Shown: positions 39,801-52,148, counted from the first letter of the whole stretch. The stretch is DNA of 57,136 bases, filler included, from Sphacelaria rigidula (GCA_964200075.2; 5 parts of 5 records of this genome joined end to end with filler, not necessarily neighbours in it); one strand, 5' to 3'. The notes: a model not told the origin generated them from the sequence alone. Numbers and translations: made by a program.

Positions 39801-40819
39801 GGAGGACCATGCTGACAAACAACGGGACCTTCGGCGGCAGGCCTCACACGCCCAAACGACGAACATGGCTGCCCAACGCGCCCTTCAGGACGGTCGCACT
39901 GCTGCCATGGCGGCCTAGAGACGGGTGCGGGACCTGGAGGACCATATCCGACGGACCGCTCACAACGCGGCTACGTCAGTGGCCGGCCTGACCAGCCATC
40001 AGGCCTCTCCGCCGTCCGCCGGCAACCTGCTCAGTGGTCGCCCTCATAATCCGCCTTTGGCCCACACAACTCAGTCGAAGACCGGCCAGTCGACTTACAA
40101 AATCCCACGTAAGTCCGACCAACCGTCTTATGCCGCGGCCACCGCCGTCCCCAACACGGCCCCAACACCCCCGCTTCGAGCAGCTTTTTTGGCTGCCAAT
40201 GCCGGCCCAAAACCAGGCCTGCAACTCACGCACCACGAACGAATGCGGCTTACTCGTTCCGCGGCCGACCATGCCAGCCCGTTCCGCCGCCCCAATCACC
40301 TCCATTGTTCCCGCCAAGCTTGGAATTTGGTACCCAACGTCTACACCGCGTTGTTGGCCTTTACATGGCCCAGGGCGGATTCTTTCCCGATGAGGGCTTG
40401 CCGTCCCTCACCCTGGGCCAACTCGTTCTGCATATGACCATTGGCGCCGGCCTTGATCAACCTCATTACGTGGAAACTGTCACCGATTGTTTTCGGCGCT
40501 ACGTGCCGCTTACAACTCTGATCCCGACGCCACCATCGCCGACGATGACCAGGATGACGATGGTTGGACTCCCACGAGTGCCAACTGCAGAGGAAAGAAA
40601 AAGAACCACCGGCGGGATGACGACGATAACGATGGAGGAGGCTCACGTCGCCGCCATTGTGGCGGAGGATCCTCCTCGGGTGGTTCCGAACCGAAGCGCC
40701 CGACCCGGATGAAAACCGTAGGCAATTCTTTCGGATCTTCCACGACAAGCTGAAACCGGTCTGGCACAGATCAGCCTCCCTCGGCTTCGGCGACACCAAG
40801 GCAGCAAGCGACATCTAAG

Positions 40820-42034
40820 TTGGCTGATGTTTCGGGTCGCATTTTAGGTCCATCTGATACGCACACACCAGATCATCCACTGTCTTCAACTGCAGCCCGC
40901 GCTTTAGCAACCGCTGCGGCTGACAAAGAACGTTTCGAAGCTAGTAAAAAAGCAGCTTCCGATAAAGTCGAGTCTGCCCGAGTAGCTGAAATACAGAGAC
41001 AGTATTTTCAGATGGATGTGAACAAGCTTTGGCATATCAAAAACATGCCTGCTGCGGAGAACGAAGATTCGGGACAGTTTACTTCTGCCCGTATCACATC
41101 CATTCGCCGTACAGTTTGCAATATCCTTCACTTGGCGGATGCAACTGGCGTCCAACGCTTTGAAGATTCCAATTGGGTAGACGGCTGGCAGACCCCATTG
41201 CATAAAGCATTGCATCGATCCATCAGCCGCCGCTCTCCCGACGTTGCTTCACAGATCCTCGACGGCTTTCTCGCCGAAATGGATCCAGATCTTGCCAAGG
41301 GGAAGACAGGCCCGGTATTGCTCTCTGATCTGGAAAGATGTCTGATAGATTATTTTGACAAAAGTGACCCAGCAAGTGCCGTTCAGAGGCTGAGCTCTTT
41401 TGATGTGTCGCATCGGATGTCCCCCTTGCGGATTATCTTAGCGAACATGATTCTATGTCGTCTGCTTTTGTACACCAAGAGGATGGATAATCTAACGCCT
41501 GCCATACATGGCAAACCTTCTACGTCTCTGCGTTCACAACCTACGGTTGTGTCCTCCGCTAATGCCCAAGGGTCTCGCGGCAGGAGCTCGAGTTCATCTC
41601 GCGCTTCGTGGACCCCCGACTCGGTCGCCGGTTCAATTATGCATCTTCAGAGTAACAGAGATGCATTCAGTGCGAGAATTGATGGTTGGCTATTCTCCGA
41701 CGAAACTTGGGATGATTTTTATTTGACTTCAGCGACGGCATTCATCACAGATTATCCCCATTTGTGGAACCCACTTCTTTCGTCTTCTGCTAGACGCAAT
41801 GCCTTCAGCAGTCATGCCAACAGTTGCATCAACTGTCGTGTTCAAGGCCACAGTATGCGCGACTGCGACAGTCCATGTATCAATGCCTTTGATCTCATAA
41901 ACCCTGAATTGCAGGACAAAAAACCCGCGTGGCGCCGATGGCAAAAACGCATGCGCGACTATCGCCCACCAACTCGAAATTATCGTAATAACTCGAACCA
42001 ACGTGACAACAAAAGCTCTAATCGCGATCGCTGA
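40820..42034 (+). pseudogene. Gag C-terminal fragment with zinc knuckle
   Basis: CINCRVQGHSMRDC = C-x2-C-x4-H-x4-C at 41825-41866. Confidence 0.75.
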
Positions 42035-42932
42035 CAAAACTACAATGATACAAGCCCTCGCAAGAACGATCAAAATTCTCGCGACAACAAACGGTCCACT
42101 GATAGACACCAGCGGACCGGGCCGACACACAACTCGAACCCCAACACCAGAAACCCTTGTACCTGTATTACGGGTCGAATAGATCCTTGACGTGCCGATG
42201 CCAGCGTTCTACGGTCTTCCGCGCCGCCGACAGCACTAGCGAAGATTTTTTCGACACAGCCCGCGGAGTCCGTGACTTAAATTGCTCACCCGACTCCCCC
42301 GGCATTATTCAGGAGCGCAACATACGGCCGTTCAAATCGACCCCCGTTTCCAACCTCCACACACTTTTCAACACAGCCCGCAGAGCCCGCAACTAAGATT
42401 GTTCGCCCGGCTCTCCCGTCACTATGCAGGAGCGCAACTGACGGCCGTTCATATCGACCCCCCCATTTTCACCCCTTCACACACCGCGTAACAGTTGTGT
42501 CACCCCGCGACCTAGACCTACACCCGGTCCTGAACTTGGTCCTTCAGTGCCGAGTATAAGCCTGAGGTATGGGAGGACCAAGCGCCAATCCCTGAGGCAA
42601 AGGCTTCCCTCAGCGACCGCACCCACAGGTAGTAGCAAGCTTTTTTTAGCTGACCCAGTGTTGCTGATTTGAACTTGACCACATCGGATCATGTAATTCC
42701 CAATCAGTTGGATCGAGCTCCTCCCCCGCGATTTTCAACACGCACGGGGCGACCTTCGGCCGGTTCTAATAACAACCGCCCCAAAATACCTTGGGCTATG
42801 ACCCCTTAGCCAAGATTGCCTGAGGAAAGCAGCCCACAAGTTTCGCTCCGTCATGCCCCGATGCTGACCCCATCCACCCGACTGGACGCAGTTGTGGTTT
42901 CATCCCAAAATGTTTAGAAAGTTCTCCGACCT

Positions 42933-44477
42933 TTGTCAAGGCGAGAAAGAATGCCCCGTAAGCATGCCCCCAAGGACGCGCGCGCGTCATCACGTACACC
43001 TCTTTCGAACCGAAATCCTCAGCCTGAATCTCTCCAAAATGCGACGACTTTGAGCTCGACGGCTCTCTTAAGTATCACGGAAGAAAGAAATTTAGATATT
43101 TCTGATGGCACTACTTCTTCAATCGACGACTCCAGCCCCGCACAATCTGGATCCCCCTTGACCCGTGATGCCTGTCAACCACACACGATCATTTACGAAA
43201 TTGCTAATCGTCACTCTGACCGTGCCACACCTGGGAATAATATACCATCCACCCCCTTCTCTGGTGAGAAATCTGACCCACCGGCGGATCACCCGCCGTG
43301 CGTTTTTGCTATCAGCCCCGCTGATCCTGAACAATTTACCTTGCCAGAACACGGTCCGGATTTTGTCGGCGGTAAATTGTTTGTGAATCCGGCCACTTTC
43401 ACTACACGCGTTGCGATCCATTCTGGTCCAAACGTTACCACGCCTACGAAATGCGTATTCTTGTTGGAAAGCGGCAGCCCGCAAACAGTTATCCAAGAAT
43501 CAGCATGGAAACACATGAAACATACTGGTGCTGCTACTGCAGCTTGCGAAACCACTGTAATGCGTGAGAGGACCGCGTGCTTAGAGGACCGCGCCGTTGT
43601 TCAAAACGCCTCAGGATCGACGTTTTTCGAAACCAATGGGGCCAGTCCCTGCAGGTACCACGCCCCTGACTCTAGCCCCAACACCAACCCTAACCCTAAC
43701 CATAGGGATGTTCAAATTCCGATGCGGTCCTCTAAGCACGCGGTCCTCTCACGCATTACAACCACCACCCAACCTCGAGTATGGGGTGGTTTTGGTGATT
43801 CTGCCGCACGTCTGACGACACGAAAATCCGTACGTCTCAGTGTGCAACTCTTTCACAACACCACTCGTTCTGCCAGCCTGGCAGTCTGGGCAAACATTGT
43901 CCCCGACAGCACAATACACCACGCCATATTATTAGGCAGATATAGCTATATGCGGTTTAATCAACGAATCTACCGCACGCTTCCACCACCACCGTCACAT
44001 TTCACGCCTCGTGGAGAATTCAATCTTGAACACTTTGGTACACTTCACGGCGCCCTGCCCTACCAGAAGAATACCCTCGCAACCGAAGCTGCTCACCACC
44101 TACGATACATCGGTAGCGTTGGTATTACACTCTCCGACGATCCTCAACTTCTAGAAGTTGCACTAGTTCACCGAAATGGCATACCAGCACGTATGGGTCA
44201 TTATCTTGCCGAAATGTTATCCCGTATTGGCGCACCAGCCGACACAAAACATTTTTTCTCGGCGGGACAACAACTCCTGCCGCTTACAGGCCATGCTAAC
44301 TTGGAACCCGGCGATATATTAGGAATCACCGTTGCTCCCCTGATGCACATCCCACTCGAGACGTGCGTAACAGAGCCTGCCACACCAAACGCCACATCTC
44401 CGACGGAGTCAGTCGATTGTGTCGATGAACCCGTGCGCGAACAACACGCTATCAACGTCTCGCGCCTGGAGATCTGA
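42933..44477 (+). pseudogene. Retroelement aspartic protease region (catalytic D reads as E; interrupted by a MITE)
   Basis: FLLESGSPQTVI (cf. LLDS/TGS...I), flap-like WGGFG, and AILLGR motif. Confidence 0.7.
43556..43760. mobile_element. 205-bp MITE with TGT...ACA ends and internal CCCTAA repeats
   Basis: Perfect 37-bp TIR TGTAATGCGTGAGAGGACCGCGTGCTTAGAGGACCGC; 5-bp TSD ACCAC/ACCAC. Confidence 0.93.
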
Positions 44478-44499
44478 CACTGCTCTCTGCAACCTCATG

Positions 44500-45513
44500 C
44501 ACAAACGCCCCAGCTGGAAAGTTGGTGATTGGGTTTAGATCTACAACAGTTTGTCGACCCTCCGCCAAGGCACCAGCAAGGCGGCCAACGAAACAATTTC
44601 AAAGACAAAATTGTCACTCAATTGCACAGAACCATTCAAGATCCTGCCTGTCAGACCATCGCCATCATCACCGGACGATAAACCCGTTGGTGACAAACTG
44701 CTCTATCTCGACCTGCCTCGCGACTTCCAGGGCATGGACACCAATCCCCGCATCTCCGTGCACAGATCCAAACCCTGCACGAATCCGCATGATACAAGCG
44801 ACATGCCCAAGCGCCTGCCTGCCGGATTCACACAGTATGTTCTCAACAGCTGCTGGACCAAGTTCCCGCCCTACCATGTGACCACCGACGACGTGACGGA
44901 ACAGCCCCTATTGACCGTGTCCGCCATCTCCGGTCACCAGACAACCCTTGGTCGAGATCGCAAAATTGCTGCCGTGTATAAGATCCACTGGCACGGTCTC
45001 CGGAGAGCGTCTTGGAAACGCGAATCCGATCTTCAATTGCACCGCCGTGCAATCCTCCTGTACTGGACGCAATCTCAACATCAACACCTTGCTCACAACA
45101 AGAAATATCACAACATGCGTCGGGGCGCAGATGCCCGTGAGCTTCAGCGCGATCAGGGACTACGCTTCGTCGCCGATGGTTACGAACTTGTACCCACCAA
45201 GACTTGTAAGACGAAGTTCTTCGCAAACCAGCGAATACTGCCCAAGGGCAGCTACTTTTGGTTGAAAGGCAGCGACAACCTCTGGTGGTTAGATCAGACC
45301 CACTCCTCTAACGTGGTTTCTGCCGACACATACATCGTGCGCTTCATCGATGACCTTGGACCCATACAGCTCATGCTCCGGCCAGCACTATACACCACCA
45401 GCCCATCTACACCACGTAGATCCTGGTGCCTCCATCGCCTCAAATCCAAAGGACTTCGCCGCGGTCTCCAGCGCAACATCGATCACATCCATGACCTCCG
45501 CGCACCGCTTTGA
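44500..45513 (+). pseudogene. Gypsy integrase C-terminal region (SH3/GPF module, chromo-like domain, PWWP/Tudor-like domain)
   Basis: WKVGDWV*IYN..LSLNCTEPFKIL; LTVSAISGHQ..YKIHWHGLRRASWKRESDL; KGSYFWLKGSDNLWWL..YIVRFIDD. Confidence 0.72.
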
Positions 45514-45536
45514 ACCACGCTCCTTCACTGCAACTT

Positions 45537-45690
45537 TCCCCCCCTTCTGTGAGGCACCCATGAGGCAGTGTATAAGCCGTGGCTGTCTCCGGAAGTGGCA
45601 ATACCAGAAAATAAAGCAACTCATTGGAGGCGGTCATCCGAATGCAAGATAACCAGTAGGCTTCAACCGAACAATCTTAGCAGGATGCAG
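45537..45690 (+). repeat. Dispersed repeat family 1, 5' part cut by the contig end
   Basis: Matches ~115-240; starts at a C-run. Confidence 0.8.
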
Positions 45691-45790
45691 NNNNNNNNNN
45701 NNNNNNNNNNNNNNNNNNNNNNNNNNNNNNNNNNTTAATTAATTAANNNNNNNNNNNNNNNNNNNNNNNNNNNNNNNNNNNNNNNNNNNN
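45691..45790. other. Artificial contig linker
   Basis: N44-TTAATTAATTAA-N44. Confidence 0.98.
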
Positions 45791-46036
45791 ACACGTGACA
45801 TGAAACGTTACATAATACGTGATTTGAACGTTTGGGCAATTTAACGTAGCGTGACAGGTGACGCGTGTCACGTTCATAAAATTTCACGATACGTTAACGC
45901 GACATCTGGAAATTTAACGTAACGTTTACGTGACGTTAATCACGTCGAAAAATTTGAGGTGAACGTAACGTGACGCCCAAAACGTAACGTTCACGTCACG
46001 TGTCACGCTGTGTCACGTGTCACGTATCCCTCCCTG
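45791..46036. mobile_element. One end of an ACGT-rich TIR element (CCCTG terminus) abutting the Copia RNase H end
   Basis: AACGT/CACGTGAC motif density and architecture resemble 17469-19117. Confidence 0.6.
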
Positions 46037-47817
46037 AAATTTATCAAAACCCGTCTGTGCCTCGTCAACAAGCTGATCGAGAGAGGCTTCGTCAAAATAT
46101 CAGTATGCTGGTATTTTGAATCTACATGCAAAACCCTGATCTTTCCCGTCGCCACCAGCGCTCGTGTGCGTCGATCTTGGAACCGGCCGTCGTAGTCCAA
46201 TCACCTCTGAGCAACCGCGGCAGGGCTGCAGCTCCTCAGCCAGCTGCACTCCCAGCTGCTTCGCGGTCTTTCGCAGTAAGTCCTCGTGAACGTGGGCGTG
46301 GGCACAATGAATATTGTTCATATCAACGATCTGGGGGCTAGGCGGGGCCCCCGGGACAATCACAGCATGTGCCGAAGCACACTTGTCACTACCATTTTGG
46401 TCAAGGCGGCGGGCGTACATTTTCAGTCGACGAGTTTGTCCGGATATTTTTAGTGTATTGCCTGAAATAATATATAGCCTCAAACCTCCACGAAAACCAG
46501 TGAAGATGTGCCCACTGTTTTGGATCCTTGTGAGGGACGAGAGATGATGACGGACATCACGTACATGATCAACATCCATTAAGTTGACCACCACATCCTG
46601 TCCGTCAGATCTGAAAGAAAGAGACAAATTTCCTCTGCCTGCGATCGGGTAAGTATTACCATCCGCGCACCGTAGTACTCTACCCTGACACTATCTATAC
46701 TCCGTCATCCTACAGGAATCGGGGGAGAAATGCTGCGTAGTCCCCGTGTCAAATACCCACGGATCACCCTCACCCTGCTGTTCATCACTCCCCTGCTCGC
46801 CGTTGATGGTGGTGTCAAAAGAGGTGAAAGCCTCCCTGTCCGCGTCCGAGCAAACGGAGGGGTCGTCGCTGTCGTCGGTCTCTCCCATCACCATCGTCAC
46901 ATCTTCGTTCTTCGCTGTCGATCTCGGACAGTCCCAGAACTTGTGCTCCTCCTGTTGACCGCACCTCCCGCAGTATCTCTTCGGGCAGTCCCTGGCGCGG
47001 TGCATCGTGCAGCGAAGCTCATCAGCTTTACAGTCGTCGGTTTGCCGTCCGACGGTCAACCCAGAGCTACTCGAACTCTGGCTCCCGCCATTTTTATGAC
47101 CAGAGCCCTGGGGTTTTCCCGGTTTCCCCTCGGGGTGTGCACCGCTCGGTTTTCCGGTCCCACCCCTGGCGAGGAGAACCTGGTCGCCCCAGGATTACTG
47201 TTTTCCCCGTGCAAGTTCCTGCCTCAAAGTGACCGACTCGACGCGCTTTCGATGTGTGTACCGAGCAAATTCTGCGTTTTTCCCTGAAAATTGACGTTCT
47301 GTCGAAAAACGGGAACTCCTGACAAATTCCCACTTGCATCGTTCACAAAGGCTGACTCACGTTCGGGGGCAAAGCCCCTAGCTCCGTCGTCTCTGGCTCC
47401 GTTGTCCCCCGCGTCGCGAGCTCCTTCCTCCAGTCCTGCTTGCGTTCCGATGTACTGGCGGCCCCGTCGAACTCCAGCACTTCGTCGCTCGTACTGTACT
47501 GCAAATCACGCAGTAGCTCAGTCATGGAACTCAGCTGGCTAGTCACCATCCCCAATTGTTCAATAACACCCTGCTCAACGACTACTGAAGCAGGCCCACC
47601 ACCTTGATATGCAATTTTGCCCAACCGGTTGTAACACTGGTAGTGTATTCCGTGGCCCGTGGCGAAGGATAGATAGTTTCAATCTATTATTGTATCATTG
47701 GAGAGTGTCTTGACAGAGTCAATCCTTGGAAAGAGGGGTCAGATGTAGAGTGAGGGCAAGCGGCGGCAACGCAGCTGCCCGGATCATGGACTGGCAGTCA
47801 TATACACTCGACTACCA
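46037..47817 (-). mobile_element. Internally deleted Ty1/Copia retrotransposon
   Basis: Zinc knuckles (CGRCGQQEEHKFWDC), protease WVFDTGTTQHF, GAG-pre-integrase HCAHAHVH..CRGC, joined to the RNase H end KIRVLHVDSKYQHTDILTKPL. Confidence 0.88.
47638..47817 (-). repeat. Putative 180-bp 5' LTR
   Basis: 7-bp inverted termini TGGTAGT...ACTACCA just upstream of the gag remnant; no partner LTR in the window. Confidence 0.45.
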
Positions 47818-47825
47818 GAACCCGT

Positions 47826-48598
47826 GCTGAAAAACATTTTCGGGACACGTCGGCCCCAAGATCGAAAATTCGAGTTTTTGAGGGGGGGGACGGGAACACC
47901 AAGCCGTGTGTCCCCTGGTTTTTTGCCGAAGCGTTGGCGGATGCGGTCAGCTGCCGTAGACAGTAGAGACCCTTCTATATTATATATATATCATATATCA
48001 TATTTCATATATTATATTATGTGTATTATATTTCGTATATTATATTTCGTATACTATATTTCACATAGTATATTTCATATACTTTATTTCATACATTACA
48101 TATCGTATATTATATTTCATATATTATATTTCATATATTGTACATCATGTAACATAGGTCTATATTATTGGTTTATATTATACACATTCTTCTCCTTAAT
48201 ATACTATACTGTTTATATTGTATACAATATATTATTATGTAATATATTTATATATACAAATATTCATCAAGGGGCAGTATATACTATATCATATATTTAT
48301 ATATAAAGATATGTGTGCTAAAATATATACGATCATTATGTTATATATTATATAAATATGTAAAGGAGCAGACGCTAACATACACACTCCGCAAAGCCCA
48401 CCAAACTTTTCGGATTTTGACAATGTTCATGGATCAATTTCTTGCAACAAAATCAACAGAAATGATCAAACAGTGTTTACTGATCAATTTCTTGCGAAAA
48501 AGTTGACGAAAAAATACGAAAAAATCATGAAAAAATTCGAAAAAATGCCCTCCGGAGAGGGGGGAGGGGGGCTACGTGTCCCGATTTTTTTTTTCAGC
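47826..48598. mobile_element. Putative TIR element with an AT-rich simple-sequence core
   Basis: Imperfect ~30-bp inverted ends GCTGAAAAA..TCGGGACACGT..GCCCC; degenerate ATATT/TTTCAT core at ~47975-48360. Confidence 0.5.
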
Positions 48599-51205
48599 TG
48601 CCCCTTGGCGTCAGCATACATCTTTCTGCACATGTGCTATCCACCCAGTGTACGCGTTCACATAAACATGCCTACTTCCCCCCAAGGCGGCAAGTCCACA
48701 TATGTAGACCCTACACTCGAACACGTGAAATGTAAGGGGTTCCGCTGGACAGCAGTGAACAGTTAGTTGCTCATGGTCCCTCGAGGATTGATCGAATCAA
48801 ACGCCACGTTTCACGGTGGAAATTAACCACCACTCTTGATGTTTTTATGCGATGCCCACTACTTTCCTCGTGATCGAATCCAATTCAGGAGGGAGCCGCT
48901 TGTGTCATGGGAGACACAGTGCAGATTGGCACGCCTGCCGCTCTAGCCTTCACCGCAGACGACACTAGGCTCATCGCCGTGGGGGGCGAGGATTGCTCGG
49001 TGTTGCAATGGAGTATCTCCAAATAATTGATGGTGTTGAAATCTTGCGGATATTTCAAGTAGATAAGTACTGACTTAGCCATCATTCGATCGCTTTGGGG
49101 GTCACTTAAAAAGGGTCGGCGATGGAGTTCAGATACGTATGGTTTCTGTTTGGACACACGATTGGCAGCAGGATACAGAAAGCCAGACCGGCTCGAGCAA
49201 CGTGAGTGTGTTGATTTCATCGATTGTGCAAAATAGCGTTCAAGGCTGCACTGAACGACGTCAACATCCATCCACCTTGTGAGATTGGTCAAGAGCCCTT
49301 GAAGAAAGGAGACTGCAGGCGGATACTCCGTGCAGTTGATGAAACCGTTGAGGTTCGAACACCCCCAACCAATGTTGAGGGTACTGACAGATTGTTCTCG
49401 TTTTGAGGACGTTTCATCGCTGCTAGCACAACATCAAATGTTATCCGTTCGATTGACGATTCCGTGCGTTAACAGAGAATGCTGCGTCCACGCTGACGCG
49501 CTATGCATCGAAGAACAAACCCATGCCCAGGGCTTCATACCAATATACTGAAGATGTTATACAAATCAGCGTTTCAATATTTACACGACAAAAAACAAGC
49601 CATTTGTGAAACAGCACTGGAATCTACGAAAAAGGGGGGAAATGCAGAAGAAAAAAAGCGCTCCACAGGTGAAACGACGCATACATATCCGTAAGCGTTT
49701 CTGCAACCGTTTGTTCGGCACGCTCCTAATTGAGCCTGATACGGTAAACTGTGCACTGGGCGAGACGCAGCCTCCAAAACATGCGCCCGCACCGCCCAAT
49801 TCTCGAAACGAAGGACAGAACACTTCCTCCAGCGAAAATGTACAGCAAAAAGGTACTTCCTCGTGTCAGTCATCCTTTTTTTTCGCCTTCCGGCCCGCTG
49901 TACACAACCACCCCCACCCCCACCCCCCCACCCCTCCCCCCTCTGAACAAATAGCATGCTCATTCGGCTTTACTCCGACTCTTTATGTGGGCAACTGCTG
50001 CGAACATGTTTCACCCGCGTACTGGGTACATGTACATGCACGGCACCTTCGCGCAACACGAAACAAACTTCGAAATTTGAGATTGGTTCCGCGCCAACAG
50101 ACAAAACCATCATCGAGCCTTCCTCAGTGTGCCTCCCCCATTATTTCCAGGTCGACCAGGCAGACAAGGCATACACCTCAGAACAATCATACACACGAAG
50201 CTATTTTCGGGAACGAGATGGTGAACAACATTCACAAGTAACAAGTCCGTCCCAACTAACAAATGTGCCATTCTTACATACACGTGTATACCATCGACAG
50301 CGTTGGAGCCAGTCGCGAATGCTCAACAAAGCAGATGTTAAACCAAGAAAAATATATATAAAAAATAATCGATTCTCGCGCATTGTATGAAACGCCGTGA
50401 AAACCTACAGCGTGTTTGCTAGACACAAGCTTCACGTCACTACAAAAGTACAGCACTGAAGAGTAGTGCCGCATGACCCACTGCTGTGCATCCCGCCGAC
50501 TCGCTTCCCGAGGCCGTTGGCCTGGAAACCTCCACATCTCTTTTCGGCAACCGGCCTGGAGAGTGCAGAGCTAGCCATACAGCCCGTTATCGCCGGTATC
50601 CAGACAGTGTGGGGGAGATTCAGCCCTCGAACTCTGCACCAGCCGTGCAAAAAGAAGTACAAGGACAGAAACATGAGCAGGCGAAAGTCATGGGTAAGTC
50701 ACGTGTCCAACTCCTTGGCTAGCTTCGAACCATCGGCACGGTCGTCAACTCGCGTTTCCGCAGTTTTGAGTCCCTGAAGTTGAACTTGACTAGCCCATGC
50801 CTCGATACATATATAAGCAGTAGTAGGAATAGTTCCGTTTCCCCATCCTCAAAAACGCATAGCGAGCACAGGAACCCAGCATGCGTCGAAAGGACACGGA
50901 TTAGGTCTACTCTGTGCAGCATGGTGATCAAGAGCGGTCGCCAACATGCTGACACAAAAGGCACAAAATACTGTGGCGAAAGCGGTGACATCAGCAACAC
51001 CGTTGCGGACACAAGTGAATGTCATGATCGACGACAACAGCAACCACAACCGCTGTCAACAGCCACTAGTTCCCACTGCTGTGAACGGAACACCGTGAAA
51101 ACGTACCGCCATACAGTTCACATACGTTTCGACGCACGTACATCCTGATAGATGGCTCCTATACTACTTCGCAGTCAACGCGTTGGAATCGCACGATCAC
51201 ACCAG

Positions 51206-51353
51206 TCATGAAAACTCACCGGATTCTTCTTCATCGTCTTCGTATTCTTCTTCCTCCTCTTCGGACGAAGACACATCTACGTACTGCACTTGACGGCCTC
51301 CCCCCCCCCTCCTCGTGGGCCGGGGCGTCTTCTTCACCTCCACGTCGGCATCG
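51206..51353 (-). CDS. Same gene, probable last coding exon
   Basis: DADVEVKKTPRPTRRGGGGRQVQYVDVSSSEEEEEEYEDDEEESGEFS*. Confidence 0.75.
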
Positions 51354-52046
51354 CTACGCATCGCAAAGATTCGAGTTAACGCGCACAGCCGACAAGTTGA
51401 TTTCACTGTTTCGTTCGCGTGTCCGCAAAAAAAAAGTCAGCAGATCCGTCCGTATTCTTTCAATGTGCTACAAGAGTACCATGTTATTGGGATCTTTTGA
51501 GAAAACGATAATGCAGTCTCTGACATCATTACTCCAGATCACAATTTCACTGGTGTCGACACGTCAAGTTCACCCCATCATGGTCATGATCTACTCAAAC
51601 TCTGCTAAATGAGGCAGCGCTGACAGTCACAGCATAGTTAGTGACGGCATTCGAATACGTAGATATCGCAAAAACCGAAACGAGCAACACTGAAAGTATT
51701 AAAGCGCACATCAAGGTGGCACAGTCGAGATCATACCACAACATCACCGCGGAACACGCGAAACATGTGAGCCACAGAACTTCGTCACTTCATCAGCTAC
51801 GCTGCATGTTTCTATCTTGATGTCATGAGGGTATGCTCATACATTCACCACATCATGCAAGAACAGTCATGGACCAATACAACCACGTGGGGCACACCAA
51901 ACCGAAACACAAACATCTCATGACCTCCGACCCTTATGCACCGTTGTGGGTTGGCCGCAGTACAACAGAAACGCCCAACGCAACGGCGTGGGGCAAAAAA
52001 CATTCCTCGACCTGAGTTTGCATACAGACATCCTCGTGTACAGTAC

Positions 52047-52148
52047 CTGTCGCTAGTGTCCTCATCATCATCCAGAGGCTTGGTGACCTTGAAACGGGAC
52101 GCAGCAGGAGTGCTCTTCTGCGACACGCGCTTTGTAGGCGGCGACATC
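52047..52148 (-). CDS. Same gene, exon
   Basis: MSPPTKRVSQKSTPAASRFKVTKPLDDDEDTSD, phases compatible. Confidence 0.78.

Larger units (their letters stand above)
37900..45513 (+). mobile_element. Degenerate Ty3/Gypsy retrotransposon with internal deletion (LTRs not delimited)
   Basis: Gag-like ORFs ending in a CCHC knuckle, then a retropepsin-like motif, then an integrase C-terminus with GPF-like and chromo-like motifs; 5' boundary approximate. Confidence 0.78.

Noticed and set aside
42240..42470. ~118-bp tandem duplication (and a ~92-bp one at 37625-37810)
   Set aside because: These are ordinary diverged local duplications in or next to a decayed retroelement, with no sign of function.
45537..45690. 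Family 1 repeat as the 3' LTR of the Gypsy element
   Set aside because: It is preceded by a pyrimidine run rather than a polypurine tract, and no matching copy lies upstream of gag in the contig.
47824..48306. 160-aa hydrophobic ORF
   Set aside because: It is a translation of AT-rich simple sequence (I/Y/F bias).
48885..49400. Minus-strand open frame as an extra gene or exon
   Set aside because: No recognisable domain and no convincing donor or partner exons.
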